Source: an uncultured delta proteobacterium (GTDB lineage Bacteria > Desulfobacterota > Binatia > JACPRU01). Taken from it: a DNA stretch of 64,000 bases. The position numbers and the translations under genes are program-made. The notes beneath the pieces were generated by a model. It made no database searches, was not told the DNA's origin, and saw only the letters and a program-made list of their open reading frames with translations. Where the stretch lies: assembly GCA_963745025.1 (NCBI GenBank), contig CAVUWD010000006.1, positions 192,001 to 256,000 on the forward strand. The letters run 5' to 3'. The stretch's first letter is position 1. Every line of letters begins with the position of its first letter. Shown piece by piece: positions 50,358 through 60,799 of this stretch.

Positions 50358-51429
50358 AGTGCCCGTGACGGTGGTGGACGTCGGGGCTGTGCGGATGATC
50401 GTGCTCGAGCGCTTCGTGGCAATGCCCGTGCGCGTGTGAGCCGCCGATTTCGCCCGCGGCATGCGCGTGGCGATGATGCTCGTCATGCACGTGAGCGTGA
50501 GAATGCTCGACCGCCTCGTGCAGGTGGCGATGCCCGTGCGATTCGCCGAGGAGGCGCCAGACGCCGACCGCCATCAACGCAGCGGCGAGGCCGAGGCGGG
50601 GCGAGACCGGCTCGGAGAGCACGCAAACGGCCGCAATCGCCCCGATGAACGGCGCGGTCGCGAAATAGGCGCCTGCGCGCGACGTGCCGAGGCCGCGCAG
50701 TGAAACGATGTAGAGCGTGAGGCTCGCGCCGTACGAAAGCGCGCCGACGACGCCCGCGGCGATGATCGTCCCGGACGACGGCCACGAGGCATCGAGCCGC
50801 AGCGCGATCGCGACGTTGACCGCACCGCCGACGAGCCCCTTCAGCGCGGCGATCGTCACGGCGTCGCCATGCGCCACTTCTCGCGTGAAATTGTTGTCGA
50901 GCGCCCAGCACGCGGAGGCCAGCGCCACGGCCGCGAGGCCGAGGGGGTCGACGGCCGCATCCTCGAGGGTGACCGTCGCAACCGCTCCGAGGGTGATGAG
51001 CACGAGCGCTTCGAGCGTGCGCGCGCCGAGGTGCTCACCGAAGAACAGGCGTGCGAAGAGAGCGGTGAGCGGCGCTTCGAGGACGAGCACGAGCGAGGCC
51101 GAAGACGCAGTCGTGCGCGAAAGGCCCTCGAGGAGCAGCAGCGGCGCCACGACTCCGCCGAGGACGACCGCGCCCGCCAGCCACGTCGCGTCACGCGGCG
51201 CCGGCGTCCAGGCCGTACCTCTCCGCAGCAGCCGGACACCGCCGAGAGCGATTCCCGACCCGAGGTACAGCAGACCGGCGAGCACTTGAGGATCGGCCGC
51301 GCCGAGCAACGTCTTCGCGACCGGCGCTCCGCTCCCGAACAAGAGCGCCGCGGCCAGGGCCGCAGCCGAAGCTCGTCTCGTCCTTCGCTCGTTTGACGCC
51401 GTTCCGTTTGCCCGTGTAGAACGCCACAT
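50356..51429 (-). CDS. DMT/EamA family transporter with His-rich C-terminal tail
   Basis: About 10 TM helices, LAGLLYLGSG, CWALDNNFTR, YGASL, C-terminal HxH repeats. Exact start uncertain. Confidence 0.88.
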   Translation of the reverse strand: MWRSTRANGTASNERRTRRASAAALAAALLFGSGAPVAKTLLGAADPQVLAGLLYLGSGIALGGVRLLRRGTAWTPAPRDATWLAGAVVLGGVVAPLLLLEGLSRTTASSASLVLVLEAPLTALFARLFFGEHLGARTLEALVLITLGAVATVTLEDAAVDPLGLAAVALASACWALDNNFTREVAHGDAVTIAALKGLVGGAVNVAIALRLDASWPSSGTIIAAGVVGALSYGASLTLYIVSLRGLGTSRAGAYFATAPFIGAIAAVCVLSEPVSPRLGLAAALMAVGVWRLLGESHGHRHLHEAVEHSHAHVHDEHHRHAHAAGEIGGSHAHGHCHEALEHDHPHSPDVHHRHGH

Positions 51430-51485
51430 CGATTTGGCTAGCGCCCCCGGATGACCCGAACCCCCGACATCGCGAGGCCCTGATC

Positions 51486-51914
51486 ATGCCTTGGTGGCTG
51501 TGGATGCTCTTCGGTTTGGTGTTGTTGATCCTCGAGGTGCAGCTCGCCGGCGGCTTCTACCTGGCGTTCTTCGGAATCGGCGCGCTGTGCGTCGGGTTTC
51601 TCGTGGCGATCGGTTTGGCCGAAGCGGGCTGGCTCCAGTGGCTGCTCTTCTCCGTGCTCTCCCTGGTCACTCTCGCGTTCCTGCGCCGTCCGATTATGAT
51701 GAGGCTCGCTCCCGCCGGCGGCGATCGTGTCGACAGCCTGGTCGGCGAAGCCGCGACTGCCACCGAGGATATCCCGGGGGGCGGGGTCGGCAAAGCAGAA
51801 CTCCGCGGCACGACGTGGACCGCTCGCAACAACGGGTCGGTCTTGCTCGCGAAGAACACGCGCTGTCGCGTCGAGCGGGTCGACGGACTGACGATCTGGA
51901 TTCGCCCGGAGTGA
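51486..51914 (+). CDS. NfeD family protein
   Basis: Hydrophobic N-terminus (W..GL.L..LE), LVG..A, G..ELRGTTW OB-fold; adjacent to an SPFH gene. Confidence 0.88.
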   Translation: MPWWLWMLFGLVLLILEVQLAGGFYLAFFGIGALCVGFLVAIGLAEAGWLQWLLFSVLSLVTLAFLRRPIMMRLAPAGGDRVDSLVGEAATATEDIPGGGVGKAELRGTTWTARNNGSVLLAKNTRCRVERVDGLTIWIRPE

Positions 51915-51942
51915 TTCGCGGCACGCACAATCGGAGGATTTC

Positions 51943-52893
51943 ATGACCGGAAGCTTGATCGTCGTCCTCGGGCTCGCCGCGCTGGTCGTGTACGTGTTGG
52001 CACGCACCGCGGTCGTCGTCCCGCAGCAGAGCGCGTACGTCGTCGAGCGCTTGGGCAAGTTCACCGGCACGCTCGGCGCCGGCTTCCACATCCTGCTGCC
52101 GTTCGTCGACGTCATCCGCTACAAGCATTCGCTGAAAGAGCAGGCGATCGACATCCCGGCGCAGAGCTGCATCACGCGCGACAACGTCCAGGTTCACGTC
52201 GACGGCATCCTCTACTTGAAGGTCATGAACGCCGAGCGCGCCTCCTATGGGATCTCGGACTACGTCTTCGCGCTCGTGCAGCTCGCGCAGACCAATTTGC
52301 GGAGCGAGATCGGCAAGATCGACCTCGACCGCACGTTCGAGGAGCGCACGCACATCAATGCGCAGGTGGTGAGCGAAGTCGACAAGGCCTCCGAGGCATG
52401 GGGGGTGAAGGTCCTTCGTTACGAGATCAAGAACATCAAGCCGCCCGACGACGTGCTCGCGGCGATGGAGAAGCAGATGCGGGCCGAGCGCGAGAAGCGC
52501 GCCGTGATCCTCACCTCCGAGGGCGAGCGCGACGCCGCGGTCAACTCGGCCGAAGGCAAGAAGCAGCAAGTCATCAAAGCGTCCGAGGCCAACCGCCAGC
52601 AGCGCATCAACGAGGCCGAGGGCGAGGCCGCCGCGATCCTCGCGCGGGCGACCGCCACCGCCGAAGGGATCCGCAAAGTCGCCGAGGCAATCCAGTCCGC
52701 GGGTGGCTACGAAGCGGTCCAGCTGCGCGTTGCCGAGCAGTACATCACGAACTTCGGCGAGCTCGCCAAGACGGGCAACACGCTGATCCTGCCCGCGAAC
52801 CTCTCCGACGTCGGCTCGATGATCTCGCTCGCGATGAACGTCATCCGCCGCCAAGGGGCGCAACCGAAGGCGGGCGACGGCCAAGGTAGCTAG
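51943..52893 (+). CDS. SPFH/stomatin (QmcA/paraslipin-like) protein
   Basis: VVERLGKF, ITRDNV, QMRAEREKRA, band-7 C-terminal region. Confidence 0.93.
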   Translation: MTGSLIVVLGLAALVVYVLARTAVVVPQQSAYVVERLGKFTGTLGAGFHILLPFVDVIRYKHSLKEQAIDIPAQSCITRDNVQVHVDGILYLKVMNAERASYGISDYVFALVQLAQTNLRSEIGKIDLDRTFEERTHINAQVVSEVDKASEAWGVKVLRYEIKNIKPPDDVLAAMEKQMRAEREKRAVILTSEGERDAAVNSAEGKKQQVIKASEANRQQRINEAEGEAAAILARATATAEGIRKVAEAIQSAGGYEAVQLRVAEQYITNFGELAKTGNTLILPANLSDVGSMISLAMNVIRRQGAQPKAGDGQGS

Positions 52894-52901
52894 CGAGTGT
52901 C

Positions 52902-53477
52902 CTAGATGCCGAGGCGATCGAGCTCGCGGACGAGGGCCCGCGCCGCCTCGGAACGGGCGGAGAACCGGTTCTTCTCTTCGCGGGTCAGCTCGGCGAGCGT
53001 GCGGCCAAGCGCGGGAAGCAGAAACAGCGGGTCGTACCCGAAGCCTCCCGAGCCGCGGGGCGCTTCGACGATCTCTCCCTCGCAGCGGCCGTCGGCGGCC
53101 AGCTCTCGGCCATCGGCGAGGATCAGCACGATCGCGGTGCGAAAGCGCGCACGGCGCTCCGCGCCGACTCGTCCGCGGAGCTCGTCGAGGAGCCGCCGAT
53201 TGCGATCGGCGGCCGCGGTCCCGTAACGAGCGGAATGGACACCCGGCCGGCCGCCGAGCGCATCGACCTCGAGGCCCGAATCGTCCGCGAGGGCGGCGGC
53301 GCCGAGCGCGGCGAACAGCGCGCGCGCCTTGATGCGCGCGTTCTCTCGATAGCTCGCGCCGCTCTCCGGCGGCGCGCGATACGACTCGGGAGCCGGCACG
53401 AGCCGCAGACGAGAGCCGAGCAGCTCGTCGAGCTCGCGGAGCTTCGCCGGACTGGCGGTGGCCGCGGTGACGATCAC
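52902..53477 (-). CDS. rdgB: Non-canonical purine NTP pyrophosphatase (RdgB/HAM1)
   Basis: [37 protein letters not shown]; GTGA overlap with rph. Confidence 0.9.
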   Translation of the reverse strand: MIVTAATASPAKLRELDELLGSRLRLVPAPESYRAPPESGASYRENARIKARALFAALGAAALADDSGLEVDALGGRPGVHSARYGTAAADRNRRLLDELRGRVGAERRARFRTAIVLILADGRELAADGRCEGEIVEAPRGSGGFGYDPLFLLPALGRTLAELTREEKNRFSARSEAARALVRELDRLGI

Positions 53478-54208
53478 GCGCGCCGGATCGCGGCTCGCTG
53501 CAGCTGGATCAGCTGGCGGATGCCGGACCAGGCGAGCGCGGCCATGCGGTCGGATTGAGTCTTCGAGAACGGCGCGGCTTCCGCCGTGCCTTGGATCTCG
53601 ACGAAGCGCCCTTGATCGGTCATCACGAAATTCATGTCGACCTCCGCCTTGCTGTCTTCTTCGTAGCAGAGATCGAGGCATTCGGCGCCGTCGACGACGC
53701 CCGCGCTCACCGCCGCAACCGCGCCACGGATCGGATTCCTTTCGAGCAGCCCCTTCCGTTCGAGATTTCGCACCGCGAACGCCAGCGCCACCCAGCCTCC
53801 GGTGATCGATGCGGTGCGCGTGCCCCCATCCGCCTGCAGAACGTCGCAATCGATCCAGATGCTCCGCTCGCCGAGCGCCTCGAGATCGGTCACGGCGCGC
53901 AAGCTCCGGCCGATCAGCCGCTGGATCTCGTGCGTCCGTCCTCCGATACGGCCGCGGGCGGCTTCCCGCTCCATGCGCGTGTGCGTCGAGCGCGGCAGCA
54001 TGCCGTACTCTGCGGTGACCCACCCTCGACCGGAATCTTTGAGGAAAGCGGGTACCCGATCCTCCACCGATGCCGTGCACAGGACCCGCGTGTCCCCCAC
54101 CTCTATCAGCGCCGAGCCTTCCGCGTGCTTGAGAACGCCCGTGGAGATTTTAACGGCCCGGAGCTGTCGAGGACGACGGCCATCGGCCCTACCCCCACTC
54201 TTTTTCAT
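53474..54208 (-). CDS. rph: Ribonuclease PH
   Basis: [54 protein letters not shown]. Confidence 0.96.
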   Translation of the reverse strand: MKKSGGRADGRRPRQLRAVKISTGVLKHAEGSALIEVGDTRVLCTASVEDRVPAFLKDSGRGWVTAEYGMLPRSTHTRMEREAARGRIGGRTHEIQRLIGRSLRAVTDLEALGERSIWIDCDVLQADGGTRTASITGGWVALAFAVRNLERKGLLERNPIRGAVAAVSAGVVDGAECLDLCYEEDSKAEVDMNFVMTDQGRFVEIQGTAEAAPFSKTQSDRMAALAWSGIRQLIQLQRAAIRRA

Positions 54209-54301
54209 GGCCTTTCCGGTTTCAGACACGGGTTACTTGTTCGGTTAGAGCGAGATGTGTTAATTTTTCAACACTTGGACAACGGTCATAACCATAGACT
54301 G

Positions 54302-55267
54302 ATGATCGGGCAACACCCGCTCATCCAGCGCATCCAAGTGTTGATTCGAAAGGTTGCGGCGACCGGCGCGACCGTGCTCATCACCGGCGAGAGCGGCACG
54401 GGCAAGGAGCTCGTCGCTCGTAACGTCCACGCCTTGAGCGCGCGCTCCGAGGGGCCGTTCATCGCGCTCAACTGCGGCGCCATTCCGGCGGAGCTGCTCG
54501 AGTCCGAGCTGTTCGGGCACGAGCGAGGGGCCTTCACCGGCGCGATCGGCGCTCGCCATGGAATGTTCCAGGTGGCACGCGGCGGGACGATCTTCCTCGA
54601 TGAAGTCGCCGAGATGAGCCCGCCGCTGCAGGTCAAGCTGCTTCGCGTGCTGCAGGAGCGAGAGTTCCGCCCGGTCGGCTCCGATCGGACCCTCAAGGCC
54701 GACGTGCGCGTCATCGCGGCCTCCAACAAGGAGCTGTTTGACGAAGTCAGCAAGGGACGGTTTCGCGAGGACCTCTTCTATCGCTTGCAAGTGATCCCCA
54801 TCCGCCTCCCGCCGCTCCGCGATCGCCGATCGGACATCCCGCTCTTGATGGAGCATTTCCTGGAGAAGATGAATGCGCGGCGGCCGCAGGGGCCGGTGCG
54901 CCTCAGTGAGGCGGCACAGGTGCAACTCTGGGAGTACGACTGGCCGGGAAACGTCCGCGAGCTGGAGAACGTCATCGAGCAACTGGTGATCCTCGCCGAC
55001 AACGACACGATCGACGCCGAGAATTTGCCGCCGAGCGTTCGCCGCTTCGTCTCCGGCAAGCGGAATCCGACTCCCATGCTCAGCGACGGGACGTTCGACT
55101 TCAACCGCGCCGTCGAGGCGTACGAGAACCAGCTGATCCAAGAAGCCCTGCAGAAGTCGGGCGGAAACAAGCAGGCGGCCGCACGTCTGCTCGGGCTCAA
55201 ACGCACGACGTTGGTGGCAAAGCTGCGGCGGCGAAGCACGGTCCCCATACAGCATCTGGCCTCGTGA
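54302..55267 (+). CDS. Sigma-54 enhancer-binding protein (AAA+ and Fis HTH) without an N-terminal regulatory domain
   Basis: [58 protein letters not shown]. Confidence 0.92.
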   Translation: MIGQHPLIQRIQVLIRKVAATGATVLITGESGTGKELVARNVHALSARSEGPFIALNCGAIPAELLESELFGHERGAFTGAIGARHGMFQVARGGTIFLDEVAEMSPPLQVKLLRVLQEREFRPVGSDRTLKADVRVIAASNKELFDEVSKGRFREDLFYRLQVIPIRLPPLRDRRSDIPLLMEHFLEKMNARRPQGPVRLSEAAQVQLWEYDWPGNVRELENVIEQLVILADNDTIDAENLPPSVRRFVSGKRNPTPMLSDGTFDFNRAVEAYENQLIQEALQKSGGNKQAAARLLGLKRTTLVAKLRRRSTVPIQHLAS

Positions 55268-55278
55268 GATCTGGCATC

Positions 55279-55806
55279 ATGAACAACCCAACCGACGATA
55301 AGCCCGGCCCGCACCCGCAAGGGCGGGCGGCAGATCTCGGCGAGAGGGTCCCTGGCAAGCTCGGGCATCCGCTACACCGCGCTTCGGATTTCGGCTCCGT
55401 TCTCGTCGTCGACGACGACCCGGACGCGGTCGAGATCCTCTGCCGTCTACTCGGCACGCAGAAGCTGCGCACGCTTCCCGCTCAAAGCGGCGCACAGTGC
55501 CTCGAGATCGCCCGAGCACAGTCCGTCGACGTGATCTTGCTCGACGTCAACATGCCGGGCATGGACGGCCTCACGGTCTGCACGGAGCTCGCCCGCGACG
55601 ATCGAACCCGTGCGATCCCGGTGATCCTGGTCACCGCCCGCGACGACCACGAGACGCGCGTGGCGGGGATGAAGCTCGGCGTCAGCGAATTTCTCACGAA
55701 ACCGGTCAACAAGGCGGAGCTCTTCAGCCGTGTTCGCGGTCAGCTCGAGGGCCGCGCGCTCGCCCGTCAGATGGACCAGGCGATTCAGGAACCGACGAAG
55801 GAATAG
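55279..55806 (+). CDS. Stand-alone response regulator (receiver domain)
   Basis: VLVVDDD, LLDVNMPGMDG, VTA, FLTKP. Confidence 0.9.
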   Translation: MNNPTDDKPGPHPQGRAADLGERVPGKLGHPLHRASDFGSVLVVDDDPDAVEILCRLLGTQKLRTLPAQSGAQCLEIARAQSVDVILLDVNMPGMDGLTVCTELARDDRTRAIPVILVTARDDHETRVAGMKLGVSEFLTKPVNKAELFSRVRGQLEGRALARQMDQAIQEPTKE

Positions 55807-55847
55807 GCTTCAGGCCAAAGAGCCGGTCGGTTCCGACTCCTTCCGCG

Positions 55848-56406
55848 TCAGTCCGCCGCCGTGGGCCGCACGCGCGCGACGTAGGCGACGAGATCCGCGT
55901 AGTCGCGAGCAAATTCCAGTTCCGCGACTTCCTGGCAGGTGACGAGATGAGCCGCAACGGCGATGTCGCCGAGATGGCGGGCGCCGGAATCGAGCGCGCG
56001 ACGGCCGATGGCCTCGCGGACCTGGCCGAGACGGACACGTAGCTCCGTCACGAGGTCGTCGCGCGGCGAGTCGCCCCGGAGAAGCCTGGTGGTGAGCGTG
56101 CGGATCGCTTGCTCCGCGAACTCGGCGAGCGTCACGGCCTGGTTCCGTTTCTGCGGGTCGGGCGGAAAAATCGACGGCGGCCCGTACGTGCGCTCGAGGT
56201 AGAACGCGATTGGCCGCGTGCCCGCGACGGCGTGCGCGTCATCTTCGAGCAGCGGCAGCGTCGTCCGTTTCGTGGCGGCGCCGGAGATCCGCGGCGATCG
56301 ACGGTTCGACCTCGATCGGCTGATAGTCGAGACGCTTGCGCTCGAGCACCCAGCGGACCGTGCGGCACTCGGGTGAAGCCTCGCGCTGATAGAGGCGGCG
56401 GCTCAC
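55848..56406 (-). CDS. Glutathione S-transferase-like protein; one frameshift at about 56280-56310
   Basis: Manual translation MSRRLYQREASPECRTVRWVLERKRLDY.. then, in another frame, TLPLLEDD..IAFYLERTYGPPSIFPPDP, running into ORF 55848..56135. Confidence 0.6.
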
Positions 56407-56452
56407 GGCCGGGTCCCTACAACAAGACGTCGCGATCGGCTACAACCGCCGC

Positions 56453-59400
56453 GTGGACCCCACCCCGTTTCATCCGCTCGTCGCGCGCTGGTTCGCAGAG
56501 ACATTCGCCGCTCCGACGGCATCGCAGCAGGCCGGCTGGCGAGAGATCTCCCGCGGGCTCGACACGCTGATCGCGGCGCCGACCGGCTCGGGCAAGACGT
56601 TGGCCGCGTTTCTCTGGGCGCTCAACCGCCTGGTCGAAGACGCGGCGGCCGGCGTGCTCACGGAGCGGGTCCGCGTCGTCTACGTGTCGCCGCTCAAGGC
56701 GCTCGGCAACGACGTCGAGAAGAACCTGCAACGGCCGCTGGCCGACATCCGCAAGCTTGCCGAAGGTGAAGGCATCGACCTCTCCGAGATCCGAGTCGCC
56801 GTGCGCTCCGGCGATACTCCGCCGCACGAGCGGCAGCTCCAGGTGCGCCGCCCGCCGCACATCCTCATCACGACGCCCGAGTCGCTCTACATTCTCCTCA
56901 CCGCCGAGAAGAGCCGTCAGGCGCTCGCCGAGGCGGAAACCGTGATCGTCGACGAGATCCATGCGGTCGCCGCCGACAAGCGAGGGGCCCACCTCGCTCT
57001 TTCACTCGAGCGCTTTGATGCGCTCGCCCGGCGACGGCTGCAGCGAATCGGGCTCTCCGCGACCCAGAAGCCGATCGAGGAGGTCGCGAAACTGCTGGTC
57101 GGCGCCGGACGGCTCGCGGAGGATGGACAACCGCGATGCGCGATCGTCGACGCTGGGCACCGGCGCGATCTCGACCTGTCGATCGAGACGACCGATCTCG
57201 AGCTCGGGCCCATCGCCACCCACGAACTCCGCGCGGCGATCTACGAGCGCATCGTCGCGCTCGCTGCCAGCCACCGGGCGACGATCGTGTTCGTCAACAC
57301 CCGACGGCTCGTCGAGCGCGTCGCCCACGAGCTGACGGAGCGGCTCGGCGAAGGCAAGGTCGCCGCGCATCACGGAAGCCTCTCGCGGAAAACCCGGTTG
57401 GCGGCGGAAGAAGGCCTCAAGTCGGGCGCGGTGTCCGTGGTCGTCGCCACGGCCTCGCTCGAGCTCGGCATCGACGTCGGTCACGTCGACCTCGTCTGCC
57501 ACCTCGGCGCTCCGCGGTCGATCGCGACGCTGCTCCAGCGCGTCGGACGTTCCGGGCATTTTCTCGGCGCCGTTCCGAAGGGGATCCTGTTTCCGCTCAC
57601 GCGCGACGAGCTCTTGCAATCCGCGGCCGCGGTGCGCGCCGTGCACCAAGGCCAGCTCGACCGGTTGAGCATTCCGGAAAACCCGCTCGACATCCTCGCG
57701 CAGCAGATCGTCGCCACCGCCGCATCCGCGGAGATCGACGTCGACGATCTCTTCGCGTGCGTCCGCCGTGCCTATCCGTTTCGCGATCTCGAGCGGAGCC
57801 GCTTCGACCAAGTTCTCGAGATGCTCAGTGAAGGCGTTTCCACGCGCCGCGGGCGGCGCTCGGCACACCTCCATCACGACCGCGTGCACGGGCGCCTGCG
57901 CGGACGGCGGGGCGCGCGCCTCGCCGCGATCACCGGCGGCGGGGCCATTCCCGATACCGCCGATTACGACGTCGTCGAGGATCCGACCGGCAACCTCGTC
58001 GGACGGATCAACGAGGACTACGCGGTCGAGAGCATGGCCGGCGACATCTTCCTGCTCGGCAACCATTCGTGGCGCATCCGGCGGGTCGAGGCCGGCCGCG
58101 TGCGCGTGACGGATGCCGAGAACGCGCCGCCGACGATCCCCTTCTGGCTCGGCGAGGCGCCGGCGCGCACTGCGGAGCTGTCCGCCGCCGTCGCGGATCT
58201 CCGCCGCGAGATCGCCGAGCGACTGCACGATCCCGCGGGCGCTGCCGGGTGGCTCTCCGCAGAGAGCGGCGTCGATCACTGCGGAGCTGGCGAGCTCGTC
58301 CGCTACGTCGCCGAGACCATGACGGTCCTCGGCGCGGTTCCAACCCTGGAGACGATCATCGCCGAGCGCTTCTTCGACGAAGCCGGCGGCCAGCAGCTCG
58401 TGCTGCACGCTCCCTTCGGCGGGCGCATCAACCGCGCGCTCGGTCTGGCGCTCCGCAAGCGCTTCTGCGTGAGCTTCGACTTCGAGCTCCAGGCGGCTGC
58501 GACCGACGACGGCGTGGTCATCTCACTCGGCGAGCAGCACAGCTTCCCGCTCCCGGCCGTGTTCTCGATGCTACACCCACGGACGTTCGAGGCCGATCTC
58601 GTTCAAGCCGCGCTTCGTGCGCCGATGTTCACCAACCGCTGGCGTTGGAACGCAACGCGCGCGCTGGCATTGGCGCGCACGCAAGGGGGCAAGCGCGTGC
58701 CAATCGCGATACAGCGGATGCGGGCCGAAGACCTGCTCGCGGCGGTGTTCCCGGCGCAGCTCGCCTGCGGAGACAACGGGCCCCGGCTCATCGACCCACC
58801 GGATCACCCGCTCGTCAACGAGACACTCGGCAACTGTCTGCACGAGGCGATGGACGCCGACGGCCTTCGCCGCGTGCTCGAGGCGATCGAGAGCGGAGCG
58901 ATCCGCGCGCTCGCCGTCGAGACGCCGGCACCCTCGCCGATGTCGCATGAGCTTCTCAACGCCAACCCCTATGCCTTCCTGGACGACGCACCGCTCGAAG
59001 AGCGTCGCGCCCGGGCGGTGTCGCTGCGACGGACCGATCCCGACCTCGCCAGCGGCCTCGGCAGCCTCGATCCGGCGGCCATCGCGGAGGTTCGCCGCCA
59101 GGCCTGGCCCGACGCGCGCGACGCCGACGAAGCGCACGACGCCTTGTTGACGCTTTGCCTGCTGCCCGAGGCCGACGCCGGCGGATGGCAGTCGCTTCTC
59201 GAGGCGCTCGTCGCCGCCGGCCGGGTGAGCGTGGCGCGGATCGGAGCGTCCCGCCTGTTCGTCGCCGCGGAGCGGGCGGCGTGGGTGCGAGCGGCGATCC
59301 CGGAAGCCGTTTTTTCGCCGGAGCCTCCGGCGCTCGTCGGCATACGCGAACCGGCGGATGGCGAAGAGGCGCTGCTGGAAATCGTTCGTGGCTGGATGAG

Positions 59401-60718
59401 CGTGGCCGGGCCGACGACCCTCGGCGCGCTCGCCGAGCGACTGAAGCTGCCGCCGGCGCGAGTCGAGGCTGCGCTCGCCCGGCTCGAGGCGGAGGGACAA
59501 GCGCTGCGGGGCTCCTTCCTTCCGGGATCGAGCGACGCAGAGTGGTGCGATCGCGCTCTTCTCGCGCGCATCCACCGCCTGACCCTCGGCCGTCTACGGA
59601 AGGAGATCGAACCGGTCTCGCCGGCCGAGTTCTTGCGATTCCTCCTCCACTGGCAGCATGCGCAGCCGGGGACGCAGCTCCACGGGCGGGACGGCGTGCT
59701 CGAGATCATCCGGCAGCTCGAAGGGCTCGAGCTGCCGGGACCCGCCTGGGAGCGTGACGTCCTGTCCGCGCGAATCGCCGACTACGATCCTTCGGACCTC
59801 GAAGACCTCTGCCTCGCCGGCGAAGTCGTCTGGGGACGGCTTCGTCTCGCCCCACCGACCGGCGACGAGCTCCCCGAGCCAGCGCGCGAGCGCCGGCGCG
59901 TCGCGCCCACACGCTCGGCCCCCCTGGCGTTCATGCTTCGCCAGGATCTCGACGCGCTGCTCGAGCCCGCGCCTGCGCGCTTCACGCCCGCGGATCTCTC
60001 CCCGGTCGCCGCCGGCGTTCTCGAGTTCCTCTCGGCGCGCGGGGCTTCGTTCCTCGGCGACATCGCCCGCGGTGTCCACCGCCTGCCGAGCGAGGTCGAG
60101 GAGGCTCTGTGGGAGCTCGTCGCTTCGGGCTTGGTGACCGGCGACGGGATCGCCGGTCTTCGCACGCTCCTGCTCCCCGAGAACAAGCGCCAACCTCGGC
60201 GCCGACATTTGCGCGCGCTTCCCGGCCGCGGGAGATCGGCCCGCCTGATGCCGGTCGGGCGGTGGGCGCTGTTGCGGGGTGATGTCGCCGCATGCGTGGA
60301 GGCCGGCGATGGCGTCGAACGGAGCGCGCGCTTCTTGCTCCGTCGCTACGGCCTCCTCGTCCGTGAGCTCTGCTTCCGCGAGCGCCACGCTCCGCCCTGG
60401 AGAGATCTCCTGGCGGTGCTGCGCCGGCTCGAGGCCCGCGGCGAGGTGCGCGGGGGACGTTTCGTCGAGGGGCTGGTCGGCGAGCAGTTCGCGTTGCCGG
60501 AGGCCGTCGAGGCGCTGCGCGCCACCCGCCGTCAGGCGTCACGCGGCGAAGTCGTGTTGATCAGCGCCGCCGATCCGTTGAATCTCGTCGGAATCATCCT
60601 CCCCGGAGCGCGCCTGTCTCCGTACTCGGGGCAGACGATCGCCTATCGGGACGGGCTGCCCGTAGAGGTCGGTGAGCTCGGAGCCGTGCGCAGCCGTTTG
60701 CAGATCGGTCAGGGGTGA
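56453..60718 (+). CDS. lhr: Lhr-family DEAD/DEAH-box ATP-dependent helicase
   Basis: APTGSGKT, SPLKAL, TTPESL, DEIH, LSAT, LELGID, QRVGRSGH, plus the long Lhr C-terminus (RGEVRGGRFV..GEQFA). Confidence 0.95.
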   Translation: MDPTPFHPLVARWFAETFAAPTASQQAGWREISRGLDTLIAAPTGSGKTLAAFLWALNRLVEDAAAGVLTERVRVVYVSPLKALGNDVEKNLQRPLADIRKLAEGEGIDLSEIRVAVRSGDTPPHERQLQVRRPPHILITTPESLYILLTAEKSRQALAEAETVIVDEIHAVAADKRGAHLALSLERFDALARRRLQRIGLSATQKPIEEVAKLLVGAGRLAEDGQPRCAIVDAGHRRDLDLSIETTDLELGPIATHELRAAIYERIVALAASHRATIVFVNTRRLVERVAHELTERLGEGKVAAHHGSLSRKTRLAAEEGLKSGAVSVVVATASLELGIDVGHVDLVCHLGAPRSIATLLQRVGRSGHFLGAVPKGILFPLTRDELLQSAAAVRAVHQGQLDRLSIPENPLDILAQQIVATAASAEIDVDDLFACVRRAYPFRDLERSRFDQVLEMLSEGVSTRRGRRSAHLHHDRVHGRLRGRRGARLAAITGGGAIPDTADYDVVEDPTGNLVGRINEDYAVESMAGDIFLLGNHSWRIRRVEAGRVRVTDAENAPPTIPFWLGEAPARTAELSAAVADLRREIAERLHDPAGAAGWLSAESGVDHCGAGELVRYVAETMTVLGAVPTLETIIAERFFDEAGGQQLVLHAPFGGRINRALGLALRKRFCVSFDFELQAAATDDGVVISLGEQHSFPLPAVFSMLHPRTFEADLVQAALRAPMFTNRWRWNATRALALARTQGGKRVPIAIQRMRAEDLLAAVFPAQLACGDNGPRLIDPPDHPLVNETLGNCLHEAMDADGLRRVLEAIESGAIRALAVETPAPSPMSHELLNANPYAFLDDAPLEERRARAVSLRRTDPDLASGLGSLDPAAIAEVRRQAWPDARDADEAHDALLTLCLLPEADAGGWQSLLEALVAAGRVSVARIGASRLFVAAERAAWVRAAIPEAVFSPEPPALVGIREPADGEEALLEIVRGWMSVAGPTTLGALAERLKLPPARVEAALARLEAEGQALRGSFLPGSSDAEWCDRALLARIHRLTLGRLRKEIEPVSPAEFLRFLLHWQHAQPGTQLHGRDGVLEIIRQLEGLELPGPAWERDVLSARIADYDPSDLEDLCLAGEVVWGRLRLAPPTGDELPEPARERRRVAPTRSAPLAFMLRQDLDALLEPAPARFTPADLSPVAAGVLEFLSARGASFLGDIARGVHRLPSEVEEALWELVASGLVTGDGIAGLRTLLLPENKRQPRRRHLRALPGRGRSARLMPVGRWALLRGDVAACVEAGDGVERSARFLLRRYGLLVRELCFRERHAPPWRDLLAVLRRLEARGEVRGGRFVEGLVGEQFALPEAVEALRATRRQASRGEVVLISAADPLNLVGIILPGARLSPYSGQTIAYRDGLPVEVGELGAVRSRLQIGQG

Positions 60719-60799
60719 ATCGGCGACATGCAGCTCGCAGGCGCCTAGTTTTGCCTTCTCGTCGTTGTCGGGGGAGACGTCGATTCGATTCCGCCGCTC

